62,972 bases of DNA, filler included, from Rhabdomonas costata (GCA_019059605.1; 48 parts of 48 records of this genome joined end to end with filler, not necessarily neighbours in it); one strand, 5' to 3'. Positions 35,530 to 48,518 are shown, counted from the whole stretch's first letter. Made by a program: numbers and translations. The notes: generated by a model from the letters alone, not told the origin.

Positions 35530-36390
35530 ACGAAGGCATCGACCGACAGCCATCTTCTTTTCTTCTTCTTCTTTCTTCTCTCTCTGGGTCCCCCTGTGCC
35601 TCAGCCCTCCATGGCATCGAGGAACGAGATGGCATGGAGGGATGAGAGGCGAAGGAACGGAGCCGGGTAGCGGCGGAGTGACGTAGCCACCACATCTAAG
35701 GAGGAACGACCGTAGGGAGTGACGACCAGCAATTAACCTAAGGGGCCCCATGACCGCTAGGGAATGGGGATAGGAGGAGCATGGGCCCTGAGGCACGAAG
35801 GGACCATGCGACATCAAGGCATTACTCTGGTCTCGTGAAAGCCCGGACCACCCGGCAGTGGTGGGGAGGGCATGAACCACCACATTTAGGAGGAGATGAC
35901 GACCGAAGGGAGGCATCGACGACATCAACACCTTTTATCCCTAGAGGCTCATCGTCCCTACCCACCCTACGAGCATCTGCGAGTAGGCGTGGGGAGGGAT
36001 AGGAGGAGCATGGGCCCTGAGGCACGAAGGGACCATGCGACATCAAGGCATCACTCTGGTCTTGGTGACTGAGCGTAACCACCCTATGGTGGTGGAACCA
36101 CCATTCTTAGGGAGTGATGACCGTAGGCTGAAGCCGTAGGGCATCACGACCGGCATCAGCGTTTCCTTCCCGGTGGGGTTGGGCTCTCTCTGTCGGTCGG
36201 CACCCCACCACCCTATGGATGCTTACGTGCCTCCCTCCACCCCTTTACACCCTTAGCTATACCCTCAGCTTGGCATCAGGTTAGCCCCTCAGAACGGTAG
36301 GCAGAGGGTTAGCATGGCGTATTGGCATCTACCGTAGCATCTGCAGCATCGACCTTAGGCATACACCCTTAGCCTCTGTTCAGCAGCTGC
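35530..36390. repeat. Complex GC-rich repeat and hairpin array
   Basis: About 66-nt near-perfect direct repeat at about 35767-35832 and 35996-36062; three related ccaccaca..taggag..gaccg.aggg units; local hairpins. Confidence 0.8.
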
Positions 36391-36610
36391 CTAAGCAAAC
36401 GTATGTTTAAAACGTATTTTTAAAAAGTTTGCGGTTGCATTTGCACTGCATGCATTCAGTGATAGTTGATCATAAACTTGTGTTACTTTGTCTTTTAAAC
36501 TATAACTGATTGGTAAGTCCACCATACCTTCACAACATATTGAGACTCTTTTATCTATTGGCTCAGGTTTAGAACGTTTCAATCCAAAAAAATAACTTCT
36601 TTTCTGTCAT
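36391..36610 (-). pseudogene. Truncated virus-like papain (C1A) cysteine protease
   Basis: DLPISYSLKDKVTQVYDQLSLNACSANATANFL matches LP...DLR....VYDQG.LGSCTANA; AT-rich and intronless; 1-nt shift near ATG; stops shortly after the catalytic Cys. Confidence 0.75.
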
Positions 36611-36637
36611 TTCTTATAAATAGATAAGATAATTTTA

Positions 36638-36692
36638 TTAAGAGATAGTACAACATGTATTATGTTTATCTTCTTCATCATCATATTTTTCA
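36638..36692 (-). CDS. 3' end of an AT-rich ORF ending in a CaaX box
   Basis: KYDDEEDKHNTCCTIS-stop, 27 nt upstream of the protease ATG. Confidence 0.5.
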
Positions 36693-38584
36693 NNNNNNNN
36701 NNNNNNNNNNNNNNNNNNNNNNNNNNNNNNNNNNNNTTAATTAATTAANNNNNNNNNNNNNNNNNNNNNNNNNNNNNNNNNNNNNNNNNNNNGTGTTGGG
36801 GGTCAGAGCCCGTGGGGGCAGCCATTTTCGAGTTGGGGTAGGAGTTGGGGGTTCGGAACCGGGACTTCACTAGCAGACAAGGGAATGCCTCGGCGAGGTG
36901 GACAAGAGAGACCGAATTGGTCGAGATTAAAGTAACACAGAGACCATGCAGGCGAAAAGCTGAAGCAAAAAGGAGACGAGTAAGAGAGTGGTTTGTGTTT
37001 GGACTGAGAGAAAGTTGGAAAGCTGCATTTTTTGAGGGATGGGTGAGTGGGACGTTCAACGATTGGTAGAGGCGCAAGTTAAACAATGTCAAACAATCAG
37101 GCGAGGGCGATGCAGCTTTTAGGGGGACGTAATGAGGTATCCTGCGCTACAGACCCGAAAATAAGTTAGCATATCGGCAAAAGGTATGCTGTGCAAGTGG
37201 CAAAATTCAGGAGCGCAACGTATGGGGGGGTTTGCTCTGGGAATGGAGCGGGTGACACATGGTGAGAAACTTAATTTTTGACACAAGTCTGCCCATTGGG
37301 TTTCACTGACCCGTGAGTGCAGGGTGAGATGGCCGGGGTTTTGTGGCACAAAAACATTCCATTACACCAGGACACCCAAGCTTGCACGGCGGGAAGGGAA
37401 ACTCCGTAGGGCCAGTGACGCCAGCGCTTGACGCTTAGTTGCTAGACTTTGGATGAAACCCCGCATTGGGCAAAAAAATCCCCAACAAAATAAGGGCTCT
37501 GTTGGCCAATGTGTGCGTTGCGAAGCGCTTCTCAGATTTTCATCAATGGAAGCAGACGAAGCTGGAAAAGCTGCTTCGGATGCTTTGACATCGTCAGCCC
37601 TGGAGCCAGAACCCATTTCTCATTCAAGTTACCATCACTCACCCAGAGAGACCAAGCTCCTCTTCCTTACCCTAATGTGGTGCCGGTGAGGTCAATTAAG
37701 AGCGACACTACTTGTGTTACTCTTTTATGACTACTATATGGGTACATGGGTTTCCATCCAATATCCCGCTTCCTTCCAGCTAACCCACTACTCGGAGCAG
37801 GAAGCAATACCCCAGATATCATCCACAAACGCCTGCTGCACTTCCAAAATAGGGCTCATCTTCGCACCTTGAAAACGTCTGTACAAAATCACATCACATA
37901 ATAACACCAAAAACCCCAAACAAGGGAGGGGGACGCACGGAGAACATGGATATTTACACAGCGCGAAGGAAGCAACGGAGAAGACACAAGGCCGACTCTT
38001 GAATCANNNNNNNNNNNNNNNNNNNNNNNNNNNNNNNNNNNNNNNNNNNNTTAATTAATTAANNNNNNNNNNNNNNNNNNNNNNNNNNNNNNNNNNNNNN
38101 NNNNNNGTGTGGTGCGCGTGAATTGTGTCACGTGGTCCTGTCACATAAACACAAGCTTCGCACGTCGTTGCTTCACTTCTGGGGGCAGAGTTTTGTTTTG
38201 TGGTGTTTCGCTGAGGACGCTTTATTCGGTTTGAGGCCTTGCACAAGCGAAAGGACAGAACCACAAAGACTGCAAAACGAAGAAGGGTTGCATTGTTTGC
38301 ATTTGTGTGAGCTGTGAATGCGGGTGAGTGAGCGAGCGTGGATGCGTTTGTATGAATGTGCAAGTGTGTGTTAGTTGGAGCTCATACAACCGCGGTTTAA
38401 TTTGCCATTGAGGGATTCAAGAGAACCTCCGCAGAGCTGAGGGGCCATCCGCCCCTCATGAAGGGGCCAGGCAGCGGGAGGATATTCGAAACCCTGCTTG
38501 GATGCAGAAAAGATGTCCACCAAAGCATGCAGTTGTTCACGTACTATGCGTATGAGCAGATGGGGGGGGGGGTGGCGCTTGGTA

Positions 38585-38721
38585 CCCGAGAGGTTGGCCG
38601 CGGCAAGGGTCTTTTCCGTGTCCTCGGCCTGCTTCCTCTCGGCATCCTCCTCGTCCTTCTTCGCGTCCTCGGCCTCCAGCTCCATCAGCTGCTCCCGCTG
38701 GTCCTGCACCGCCTTCTCCAC
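38585..38721 (-). CDS. Acidic coiled-coil exon, unknown protein
   Basis: ttcag|VEKAVQDQREQLMELEAEDAKKDEEDAERKQAEDTEK..|gtacc. Confidence 0.5.
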
Positions 38722-40100
38722 CTGAACCACAAACCCAACAAAACGCACCACTTCAAGGACCTGGGTCCCAGGATTCCTGGGAGCGGCGATGCCACTCGGC
38801 AACTTGGGATGAAAAAACACTCATAACACAACTGCGAATGAAGCATAAGGGAGAGAGAAGGTAAAAAAATGTAAACGGTTAAAAGCCTCATCTGCTATAT
38901 CGCGGTGGACACTTCATTTGGCGAACGCAAAAGGTAAGCTTGTGACCAATAAAATGCAATCCAACACCAGTTTCTCCCCTGGAAACTCACTCCTTCACCC
39001 AAAGTCTGGCCAAAAATGTTGAAACGTGCTTCTGAATCTTCTGAATCAGAATGCGGGTAATGTTGGTGCTTTGGGACACCAACGAGCTCAGTTGATGATG
39101 TTTCTGGTGGTTCTCAGAGCCAAACGATCCCTTCACTATTTGCAGTATAATGGACAGTTTTCTCCTTCCGAAAAAGGCCTCTGTCCTAGAGTCTTAAAGA
39201 AGTCGGAGTCTGAGGGCAAAGCGGAAGCAGGCCCGATATCTTTTCTACGTAATGTGAGTCTCTCAAAACGTGGCCGTCCTTGCACCCTTAGGCCGGTACT
39301 CACCCGTGACCCCACACAAANNNNNNNNNNNNNNNNNNNNNNNNNNNNNNNNNNNNNNNNNNNNTTAATTAATTAANNNNNNNNNNNNNNNNNNNNNNNN
39401 NNNNNNNNNNNNNNNNNNNNGTGGGTTTTATCGGGACTGTGCTGTGTCCAGGAAAGAAAGAGTTTGTGCGTTGGGTAGGGACGAGAGACGTCCCCTTATT
39501 AGCCGAGGATCGTCACACACGGAGGGTGATCAGCCCACCCGTGCTTCCGGCTCGGCTCGCCCGTTCACGTGCGCCGGCTTGGTCCAGGAAAGAAAGAGAA
39601 GGCAGCAAGGGTTAAAAACCTCTGCGCAGCGCACCTGGCCCGCGCGCACACATGGGCGTACAGTGGGCACAATTCCACTCTTGGGTTTCCGAAGATGACC
39701 CAACAAAAAATCTATCTCGGCATATCTCTCTCGTCATCACTCACATGGAAACCATTTCATAAGCCTCCGAGCATGATGCCATACAATCCCATTTCATTTC
39801 ACGGATAGGTGGCTGGAATACAAAGGGAGGTTTTGTGGTGGTGGTGCGTGGGTGTGATGAGCAGGAGTGAGGAGTTTGGGTTTAATGAAATGAAATAAAA
39901 CAAGGAAATAGCAGAGCAAAATTTCCTTCAACTCTTGAACTGCACACTCTCAAGGATATATCAAAGTGTTCGGGACAATTGTTGTTTTTTGGGAAGGGGG
40001 GGCGTTAAACCTTTAACATCATTAAACGTTTTTTTTTGAGTTTTCGAATCGATTAAGACAATATTATTTTTAGGGCGGAGGCCAGCGCCGGGGACGCGAC

Positions 40101-40475
40101 CTGGGGACGTGCCCGTAGATGAAGATTATATGTTCCACCGATCAACGTGTAACCCTCCCTCCTCCCAATGCAATAGGCCTTTGAAACCTGACACAAAGAA
40201 AAGATCAAAGCAAAGGTGAGTACAAAGCAAAGGTAAGAACAACACAAAAGGCGGCCCACCTTGTACGTGTTGTGATAGGTCACGTTCCACGTCGTGCCAT
40301 AGGTGGGGTAGTTCTTCACAGGGAACAGGTCTGGCAAGGTACCTGAGTTGGAAAGCACGCAACCGTTCGCGTCCAGGGCGACCCCGTTTATGAAATAGCC
40401 CTCCACGGCAGGGGAAAGCAACCCTACCACCACGAGCACCACACACATCGACAGCCACAGCCTCCCCGCAGCCAT
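40101..40475 (-). CDS. Secreted protein N-terminus, exons 40475-40260 and 40187-40101
   Basis: Signal peptide MAAGRLWLSMCVVLVVVGLLSPAVEG; in-frame 72-nt GT-AG intron. Confidence 0.6.
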
Positions 40476-40899
40476 TCTAAACAGAGCCCCCCAAAAGGAA
40501 GAGAGTGCGGCCCTGTAGCCAGTCGAAGTGAGAAAATTAGAAAAGCAGCAAAGAGACTGGCAAGCTAAAACCAATGGACGGTGGAAACCACTCACCTTCA
40601 TGCCATGTGCAGGAGGATAAATGCCCAAACAAAANNNNNNNNNNNNNNNNNNNNNNNNNNNNNNNNNNNNNNNNNNNNTTAATTAATTAANNNNNNNNNN
40701 NNNNNNNNNNNNNNNNNNNNNNNNNNNNNNNNNNGGTTGTTTTTTTCATCGTCCTCCAGGGACTTCTTTTCTACCTCTGATTTTGGTTTTTGCCTTGCGA
40801 CCATTCCGTCTTTCCACTTTTTGGCGTGCTTTGCCAGTGCTTTTTCTTTCGGATTATCGATTTTGTCCAAGAGGTTATCTCCGTATCTCCTCCTTATCT

Positions 40900-41400
40900 C
40901 CCCAACTTGGATGTATCAAAGCTTTCCCTCTCAACTTGAATACTTCACCTTTCCGTTCGGCTATTCTTAACTGCCCTTCGTATTTCGTGTTTTCTTTTGA
41001 ATTTTCTATCCTCATGCCTATATGTCACCTTTTTTCCTCTGAAGCATTCAACAATTATTCAACAGAGAATGTGGAATCTCTCGGTGGACGAGTTTGCTGC
41101 CTGAATGTTGCTTCGAAATTCTGGATCATGGGCTTGAAGTTATCGGTCATCCTGTGCTCTTGTCGAAGCTTGGACGTTGACGTGGATGCGGTTTTTACTG
41201 CTCTTTTCAGAACCCTTTCACGTCTGCAGGCTTCTATGTAGAAAGCCATAATCAAAGGAATATCAGTGCCGAAGTAGTTCCTGGCAGTTGATGCAAGTCC
41301 GGATACCAACGTTCGCATGAACGTTTGCATGCTTATACACCATAAAGGCGTTAATCACTCGTTCGCACAAATCTGAAATCAGTCCATTGTGGAGAGTACT
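40900..41400 (-). mobile_element. Degenerate retroviral-type integrase remnant
   Basis: LCERV...MRTLV...IPLIMAFY (integrase core end) and KYEGQLRIAERKGEVFKL (GPY/F-like), broken by stops and frameshifts. Confidence 0.4.
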
Positions 41401-42811
41401 TTGTGGTTGGCTGAAGTCATTTTCTTGTTGGGTGAAACAGATTATGTTCAGGGTGTGGGGCCATTCTGCAGTGCGGTCCGGCTGGAAGGCTGAGGCTCGA
41501 GTGCCACCGCTGCCCATGTCACCCATGTGTCCCAAACAGACTCTGGTTGTTTGGCTTATCTTCTTCTCATCGTAGCAGCTTTGCGTGTGACTGTGTGGCT
41601 TCGTCTTCCTCTTGCTTATTCTTGGGCTCTTGGAGGACCGCAGTTCCGTTCCCACTGTTCATTTCTGGACGCTCTGATTCCCTCTGCACCAATGGCTGTT
41701 CCTCTGTGCGACCGCAACGTGATGAAGTTCCGAGCGCGTGTGAAGACCTCCGCCATTGGGGATCTCCACCGCGAGTTCGCTGGTTTTATTCTCCTCCTCC
41801 CGGGAGGGGGGCATATACCCCATTCCCAATGGCCAGAATTAATAAGTTGGTGCAAAGCTGGCGCGGGGAGGAGGGGGATCATCATCATTACTACCGCCCC
41901 CCCCCCCCAACACACACAACTGGCGTTGAGTCAATAAACCACCAAACCNNNNNNNNNNNNNNNNNNNNNNNNNNNNNNNNNNNNNNNNNNNNTTAATTAA
42001 TTAANNNNNNNNNNNNNNNNNNNNNNNNNNNNNNNNNNNNNNNNNNNNTGTTTGTGGGATGGCAGCCCTTCGTGCGATCTCTCAACGGACTGGAATGCTG
42101 AACGGAGCAAAGATGAGCCAACGCGGGAGTCGGTAACAAGCGCCAAACCACCCAGAGTGAAATACTGCGCGCTGCCATCCCAGAAACAAGCTTCCCCAAT
42201 GGTGCGGAGTCGCATCGGTCTACTGCAGAGGTGAAGCGGTATGACCAATGGTTTCGGTATGGTTTTGGTGATGACGTCAACGTAAAAACGAAATGATTAA
42301 AAAAAATCGGAGACTCTACGGGCATCAAGTGGCATCAAGGCTCTTGGTCCTCACTCTACAGCCCAGACCACCAAGGATCAGCATGACCTTACTCACCAAG
42401 TTTTCTTCTCTTCTGTCGTCCTTGAAATGACCCTCTCCGGAAAACGAAAGAACCCACTACATGGCGGTGGATGGCGTTTCGTAGCTGGACGTGTGGAAAG
42501 CAGAAAACGTCTGGTTCCAGATGGCGCTTATTGGCAAAGATGGCGTTTCGGCAGATACCCCTTCAGGTATTGGTGGCTTCAGCAGTGGTGGCTTTTTGCA
42601 GAGCTTAAGTTGACATCGCCTGCATAGCGTAGGTGAGCATAATAGTGGGGTTTAGTTCAAAACACAGTATCAGACGTCCCCGGTTGCCGAGGATTTCCAG
42701 CGCATTCATTTGCGTGGTCTGGGTGTTTGAGAACGCGGCGTGCCATTTTGGTAATTAGCATGATTTGGTGCTTAGGTCCCCATGTTCCCACTTTGTTTTT
42801 CTGCTTTTCAG

Positions 42812-42949
42812 TTGCTCACCGCTCTTTTGCCCATTCGGCACTGCGGTACTACCAAAGCAAGGCTGTGGTGCAGAAGCCTGCGCCTCAATTCTCGTGCCAA
42901 GCCGTGGTGGACGGGCAGTTTGAGGAGGTTAAGCTTTCCCAGTACAAAG
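42812..42949 (+). CDS. 2-Cys peroxiredoxin exon with transit-peptide-like N-terminal extension
   Basis: VQKPAPQFSCQAVVDGQFEEVKLSQYKG; ttcag| and g|gtgtgc boundaries. Confidence 0.88.
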
Positions 42950-43399
42950 GTGTGCGCTTGAGCTGTGCTGCGGTGGACGAAGGGAGACCCCACTGTACAC
43001 CCAACGGCTCGGGTGTGGGATTGATGGTTCAAAGACAGGCCAGGAAACGCCTTTTGTGATTTCTTGATTTTTCCAACGTTCTATGCAAAGGATTTTTCAG
43101 GCTTTTCGGCCAAGCGTAATCACAAAAGGGAGCGGTTTTATGGATGACAGGGAAAGTCATTCGATTGGGGCGAATACCCATTATTCGGGATTTTTGGTTG
43201 GAGGCGGTTGATGATTGTGTATTTGCCCCAATCGAATGACTTTCCCTGTCATCCAAAACACANNNNNNNNNNNNNNNNNNNNNNNNNNNNNNNNNNNNNN
43301 NNNNNNTTAATTAATTAANNNNNNNNNNNNNNNNNNNNNNNNNNNNNNNNNNNNNNNNNNNNTGTTGGTGTGTTTGGGGGGGGTGGTGATGACACATAC

Positions 43400-43997
43400 C
43401 ATCCAATAGAAGATGAACACGAACATTAGGCTGGTGCACACGAGGTAAGGCAGCTCCGCGAATCCCAGCACCACTCCGTACAGTAGGGAGGAGTACATGT
43501 TCGCGGCGCGCTCGCGGTAGAACACCGCGCGCTCGGTGACAATCATTGTTTGCACGCTGTTCAGGTTCAAGATTCCTGCACACAGATCACAGCGCAACAC
43601 CTCCCCTTGCTTTTATCGTCTTGTTACTGTGCAAGTTCCTGGTAAATTGAAGCCGCGGTAAAGTACATTTCATGGAGGAACTCAGCACAACAGCGCGTCA
43701 GAAGAGGTGCCGTATCCTACCCCATCCGTACGAAAAAGAAACAATGCTGCCAAGAGGCTGTTTTTTTCGAGTGCTGATCGCACCTGGCTGAAAAATACGT
43801 CAACCAGGCGAGGTTAAAAGCTGCTTAGAGTGGGGAAAGGGGGGGGGGGCACACCCAGGAAGATCAGGCTGATGAACTGCACGGAGACAGCGGAGAAGAT
43901 CCCGGCCTGGCTGGATTTGTCCACCTGCAGGTAGGCCAGCCCCAGAAGCAGCGACAGCGCCACCACCAGCACCAGCCGAGTGAGGTTGTACTGCGGA
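43400..43997 (-). CDS. PDR/ABCG transporter membrane domain, exons 43997-43855 and 43575-43400
   Basis: PQYNLTRL, ERAVFYRERAANMYS, AELPY, IFYWM. Confidence 0.9.
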
Positions 43998-44694
43998 CTG
44001 CAGCAACCCCCGCGAGCCAAAGTAACAAAGAGAGGCTTGGATGCACATTAACACAGTGAATGTCCAGCGTCACGAAGGAAAAAGAGGGGATTTGAATATG
44101 ACCAAGTGTCATGGCGCGGACAAGAGAAGGAGGTTGGTAGGGGCGGGATATGACCCGCAACACTCTTGCCTGCCTCGAAAGAGAAAGAGAAGGAGAAAGA
44201 CAAGGAGGAGCGAGGAGTGATAAGGGCTCCAGGGGAGAGTCACATTTATGGAATGCATACATACGTGGGCGGCAGTAAAGATCAGTACTGCAGGTCGCTG
44301 CTCAAGGACGCGCCGCCGGACGCGCCACGTAGCGTCCGGACATTCCCCAAGCCGTCAAGTCAAGCCTTCTACCATCGTTCGTTTATAGTTCAGCAGTCCG
44401 TTTCCTTCTCATTTCCACACGACTGAATGCTTCACTTTCCCCAAAGTGCAGACTACGCCTGATACGCTCTCCTCTTTTATCTGCCCCTTTTTAGTTCTCT
44501 GTTGCAGATTGTGAGAAGCCCGCATCTGTTCCTCCCATAAACTTGTGTTTAATGCTCTCCTGCTTCCGAACAACCCNNNNNNNNNNNNNNNNNNNNNNNN
44601 NNNNNNNNNNNNNNNNNNNNTTAATTAATTAANNNNNNNNNNNNNNNNNNNNNNNNNNNNNNNNNNNNNNNNNNNNTGTGTGTTGTGAATGACT

Positions 44695-44905
44695 CAGAGG
44701 CCAGGGCCTCAGGGGCCACATAGGGCTGGGCTTGGGCTCAGGGGTTTAAGGGGTCTCGGTGGGCCTGGACCTTCGAGGGTCCTGGAGGTCTTTGGGGCCT
44801 GGAGGCTGGGGCTCGGGCGTCCGAGCTGCTGGGTTTGGGTCTTCGGGGGCTGGGGCCTCGAGTTGCTGGGCTTGGACTCGGGCTCGGGGGTCGTCTGGGC
44901 TGCGC
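44695..44905 (+). repeat. G-rich degenerate GGGCT/GGGCC tandem tract
   Basis: Dense run of gggctc, gggcct and ggggtc units. Confidence 0.6.
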
Positions 44906-45499
44906 TTGGAGTTCAAATTTCACATCATACACTTATCCTCCCACGATCTTGATAATGAACGCCCCGCTCATTCCCGAAGGAAATTAGATAGAGTCACAAG
45001 CTTCCCACACATTTGCCGTTGCACGGCAAAAAACCTTGTTCAGAGTCGACGCCGTTGCAAAGGGCTACGACAGAAGCTGGTGGGCCAGCGAAAGTTGGCG
45101 GTGGAAACTGGCGGCGAAAGCGAAGTATACCCGTGAGGATATGTGATCATTTATTAGTTGTTTGCACAGTTTTATCTCATTAACATGTTGTTCACCAAAA
45201 AACATGCTATATATACTATACTTAACTACTACTATATTTTTTATTTTTTATTATTAGTTCGATGTGTAGGAATGTTGAGTTGAATAAAAATTCACATATT
45301 TCCTCGGTACTTCATTAAAGTTGATTTCGTGAAGTGTTGCGAGTGCTGTGCTTACACCTCCGTGGGGTGCAGAAGAGACTGCAGCCTTGCGATGGTGACA
45401 GCAATCAGATCGCGTGCAGCCTGTTCCTCAACCGAACTAGTTACGTTTGTGTCGAAGATTCCGAGATAATCCCTCGTTAAAAGGGAACGTGCAAGTCTC

Positions 45500-45850
45500 C
45501 TTGCTGACAGCAAGGCCTGAAGAAGTCGGATTTTGCCACTTCTTCGGTTGCTGGCCTTCTTGTTGGAGTGAAACACAGTATTCTCTTCAGCAGATCGTTG
45601 CAGTCTTGAGATATCGGACTGCCATGTGGGCAGTGCAACGCATCCAAGCAAGTGTCATTTGGAATCTTCAGCACACTCGCTCAAAGCATTCGGTCTTGCT
45701 CCCCAAACTCGGTGTAGTCGAGCTGCGTACGAGTTCCGATCAAGCGCACGATTTGCCTCAAGTGCAGAATGGTGCACTGTCTCTGTCAGCGTCTCGTAGC
45801 ATTCATAAACCTGCGCTATAACGCAGCCAAGAAGAAAATGTCACCTTAAA
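45500..45850 (-). pseudogene. CMGC (MAPK/CDK-like) kinase C-lobe pseudogene
   Basis: GDIFFLA, HLRQIVRLIGT, ISQDCNDLLKRILCFTPTRRPATEEVAKSDFF, with in-frame TAG and TGA stops. Confidence 0.6.
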
Positions 45851-47632
45851 TGGCAATGTCTCCCTGCACATGACCTGCTACACAAACAACNNNNNNNNNN
45901 NNNNNNNNNNNNNNNNNNNNNNNNNNNNNNNNNNTTAATTAATTAANNNNNNNNNNNNNNNNNNNNNNNNNNNNNNNNNNNNNNNNNNNNGGGGGTGTTG
46001 CACTAAAAATCTAACTGAATGTGTGTCAGCGCATATCTGTGACCTCTTTGCCCCTGGCCGAAGCGGGTGCACTGAAAGAGCGACTTCTGCAATCCGGGGT
46101 TATGCACCGACTCTGTGTGTAAAGGAAGGTCACGGATTCAAGGAACTTCAGGGGATGCATGATTCGCAGTGGTTGCCGTGGTCGCTCCAAACATGCAGTA
46201 CTTTAGGAATACAAGAAAGCAAATGAAAGAAAAATTGAATTGACATTAGCGCAGATTTCATTTCGATGAGGATGAGGTAAGGTACTTTTCGAACTCCAAA
46301 AGGGAAGTAAAAAGAAACAATGCTGCAATGTCCAAATAGTTCTGTTCAACGGAGGGAGCAGGGGAACATAAATAGGAGAGGAAAGGTGAAAGGAAGAGGT
46401 AGATGGGAGGAATATAACGAAGTGATCCTGAATGAAGCGGCGTGGGCCGGAAGAAGAAAACAGAGTACACGTGACCTTCAAAGAGAGCTAAACGTTTTTC
46501 CCCCCGCAATTTTATCCCCAGACCTCTGGCATAGCACTGGAAGAGTATGAAAACACGCGGGGAAAGGTGATGGAAAATACCTCACGCATTTCGTTCATCT
46601 CGCTGCCCATTGCTGCAACAAAGTAAAACGGGGTGAAGGTAAAGTACTTTTGTATCGGGAGGTCGCAGTGTTTTTTTGCAGGCACTGCAACAATGGAATT
46701 CACCGTCCACCACACACAGCGAACGCGTGATACTGGGGGCCTACCAATGTATAAACAGTGCTCACAAACCATGCAACACTGCCTTTGTTTCCGTGTTTCG
46801 TTGGGTTTTCTACGTTTCCCTTGAACGTAAAATACAAAGAAAGTCCATTTCTTTCGTTTTCCTTCATTTTCAGGAAGTGGCCAATGCACGCACGCACACC
46901 TCGGCGGGCACCATCATATGGTTGTATGGCACGGGGGTTCTCATCGTCATCCTCCTTGGGAGGCGGCTTCAGGTCTTTCACTCTAAACCCGACCCACGCA
47001 CGTTTCGCTCTGAAAATTAGATTTTCACTTCAACGCGATGCAGCTGCCTTCAAGTTCAAACGATAGCCAAATTCCAAACAAAAACATGAAAGTACAACAG
47101 AAGTCCTGAAGCACAGGTCACACCGTACTTACATAAAGGCCAGAAATCATGCTGATATGCACAATGGAACACCAAATGAACCCACCCCCCAAACACACCC
47201 CACANNNNNNNNNNNNNNNNNNNNNNNNNNNNNNNNNNNNNNNNNNNNTTAATTAATTAANNNNNNNNNNNNNNNNNNNNNNNNNNNNNNNNNNNNNNNN
47301 NNNNTGTGGTTGGTTATTCATTATAGAACTTGGTACATTGGAAAGCGAAAACGCCAAGGCGGTAGCGATAGACAAAGTCTCCACCACCAGATGCATGACC
47401 TCGTATCGCAAGGAAAACGATCCAGTGCTCCAACCGCAGAGCTTGGCGATGTGCCTCCCGCCAAAAAGGAGAAGCAGACTCGGATTGAGCTGCATAGTTG
47501 GAAAATATTTCCTATTTGATCTGATTGCCGCAATCGAAACAGTCAAGGTGCTACGCAACCCCAATAAAATTGAACGGAAGCCACCAGAGGTACTCTACCG
47601 CTTATGAAGAGCGAGGGAGTTGTGCACCACAC

Positions 47633-48518
47633 CTTTAGGGATAGGGCTGCCCTTCACCCACAGCTTCGCAGCGATTGGGGTGCCCTTCCAGCCGTCCACC
47701 AGCTTCACCACGGGGTAGCAATGCAGCAGGACCTGCTCGTTGGGCAGCGGGTCGCCCGCCCGGATGACGTCCCCGTTGCGGTACTCCCGGCCATTCGAGG
47801 TGCTCACCAGCCCTGTGCACACACACACAACCCGCCCCCTTCCACCCGTGCACTTGCAGGGTTGCGACATGTTGGAAGCTGCTTTCACCCCACCTCTGCT
47901 TCCAGTACACGGCGGAGTATGACAACAAAAGCGAACACCGTCGGTGTGGAAGTAGACGTAGGCGATCACCACGGGGATCTTGTCGTAGTCGTCGCCGCGG
48001 TCCACCGCGGAGATGGAGAGGTACGGGCCCTGCACCTGGTTCAGCTCGTACTGCATCACGCAGTCGAACATCCCCGTCACTCGGGGCTTCAGCGTGGTCG
48101 CGCCGCACTCCCCGTGCTTCAGCGCCGAGGCCACCGCCATGGCCACCCCGGTGCCGTATTTCACCCCGCGCTCCTCGTACACCCCGGGCCGCACCACCCC
48201 GTTGGGCTGCACCGTGGCGAAGAAGGCCCGCTGGATCCCGTCGAAGTCCCGGCACGCGTCCCCGAACATCTGCAGGGTGACGATGTTCTGGCGACTGAAG
48301 TAGTCCTGCGCGACGAAGCTGGAGGGGTTGGCGCCCAGGCCGATTCGCGAGCTCCCCGGGGTCTTGTGGATGTTGATGACCAGGGTGCGGTACTTCTGCA
48401 GGTTGTACCGCCCCGTGGCCACCAGCCCGTGCGCCCCCGTGTCCGCCGAGGTCGAGGACTCCCAGAACTTCTCCGAGACGTTGGACAGCCAGTAGCTCTG
48501 CGGGCCGTTCACCACCGA
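47633..48518 (-). CDS. Unknown protein with strong codon bias, exons 48518-47939 and 47812-about 47633
   Basis: Very high GC3; a 126-nt in-frame GT-AG intron is included in the supplied 306-aa ORF. Confidence 0.75.

Noticed and set aside
45690..45830. In-frame stops in the kinase, gypsy and integrase regions as evidence of an alternative genetic code
   Set aside because: These regions also have frameshifts or decayed motifs; intact genes have no internal stops, and SKP1 and PDR end at TGA in the expected positions
47604..48518. 320-aa plus-strand ORF, and similar antisense ORFs at 22365 and 38458, as overlapping genes
   Set aside because: Shadows of high-GC3 coding on the opposite strand
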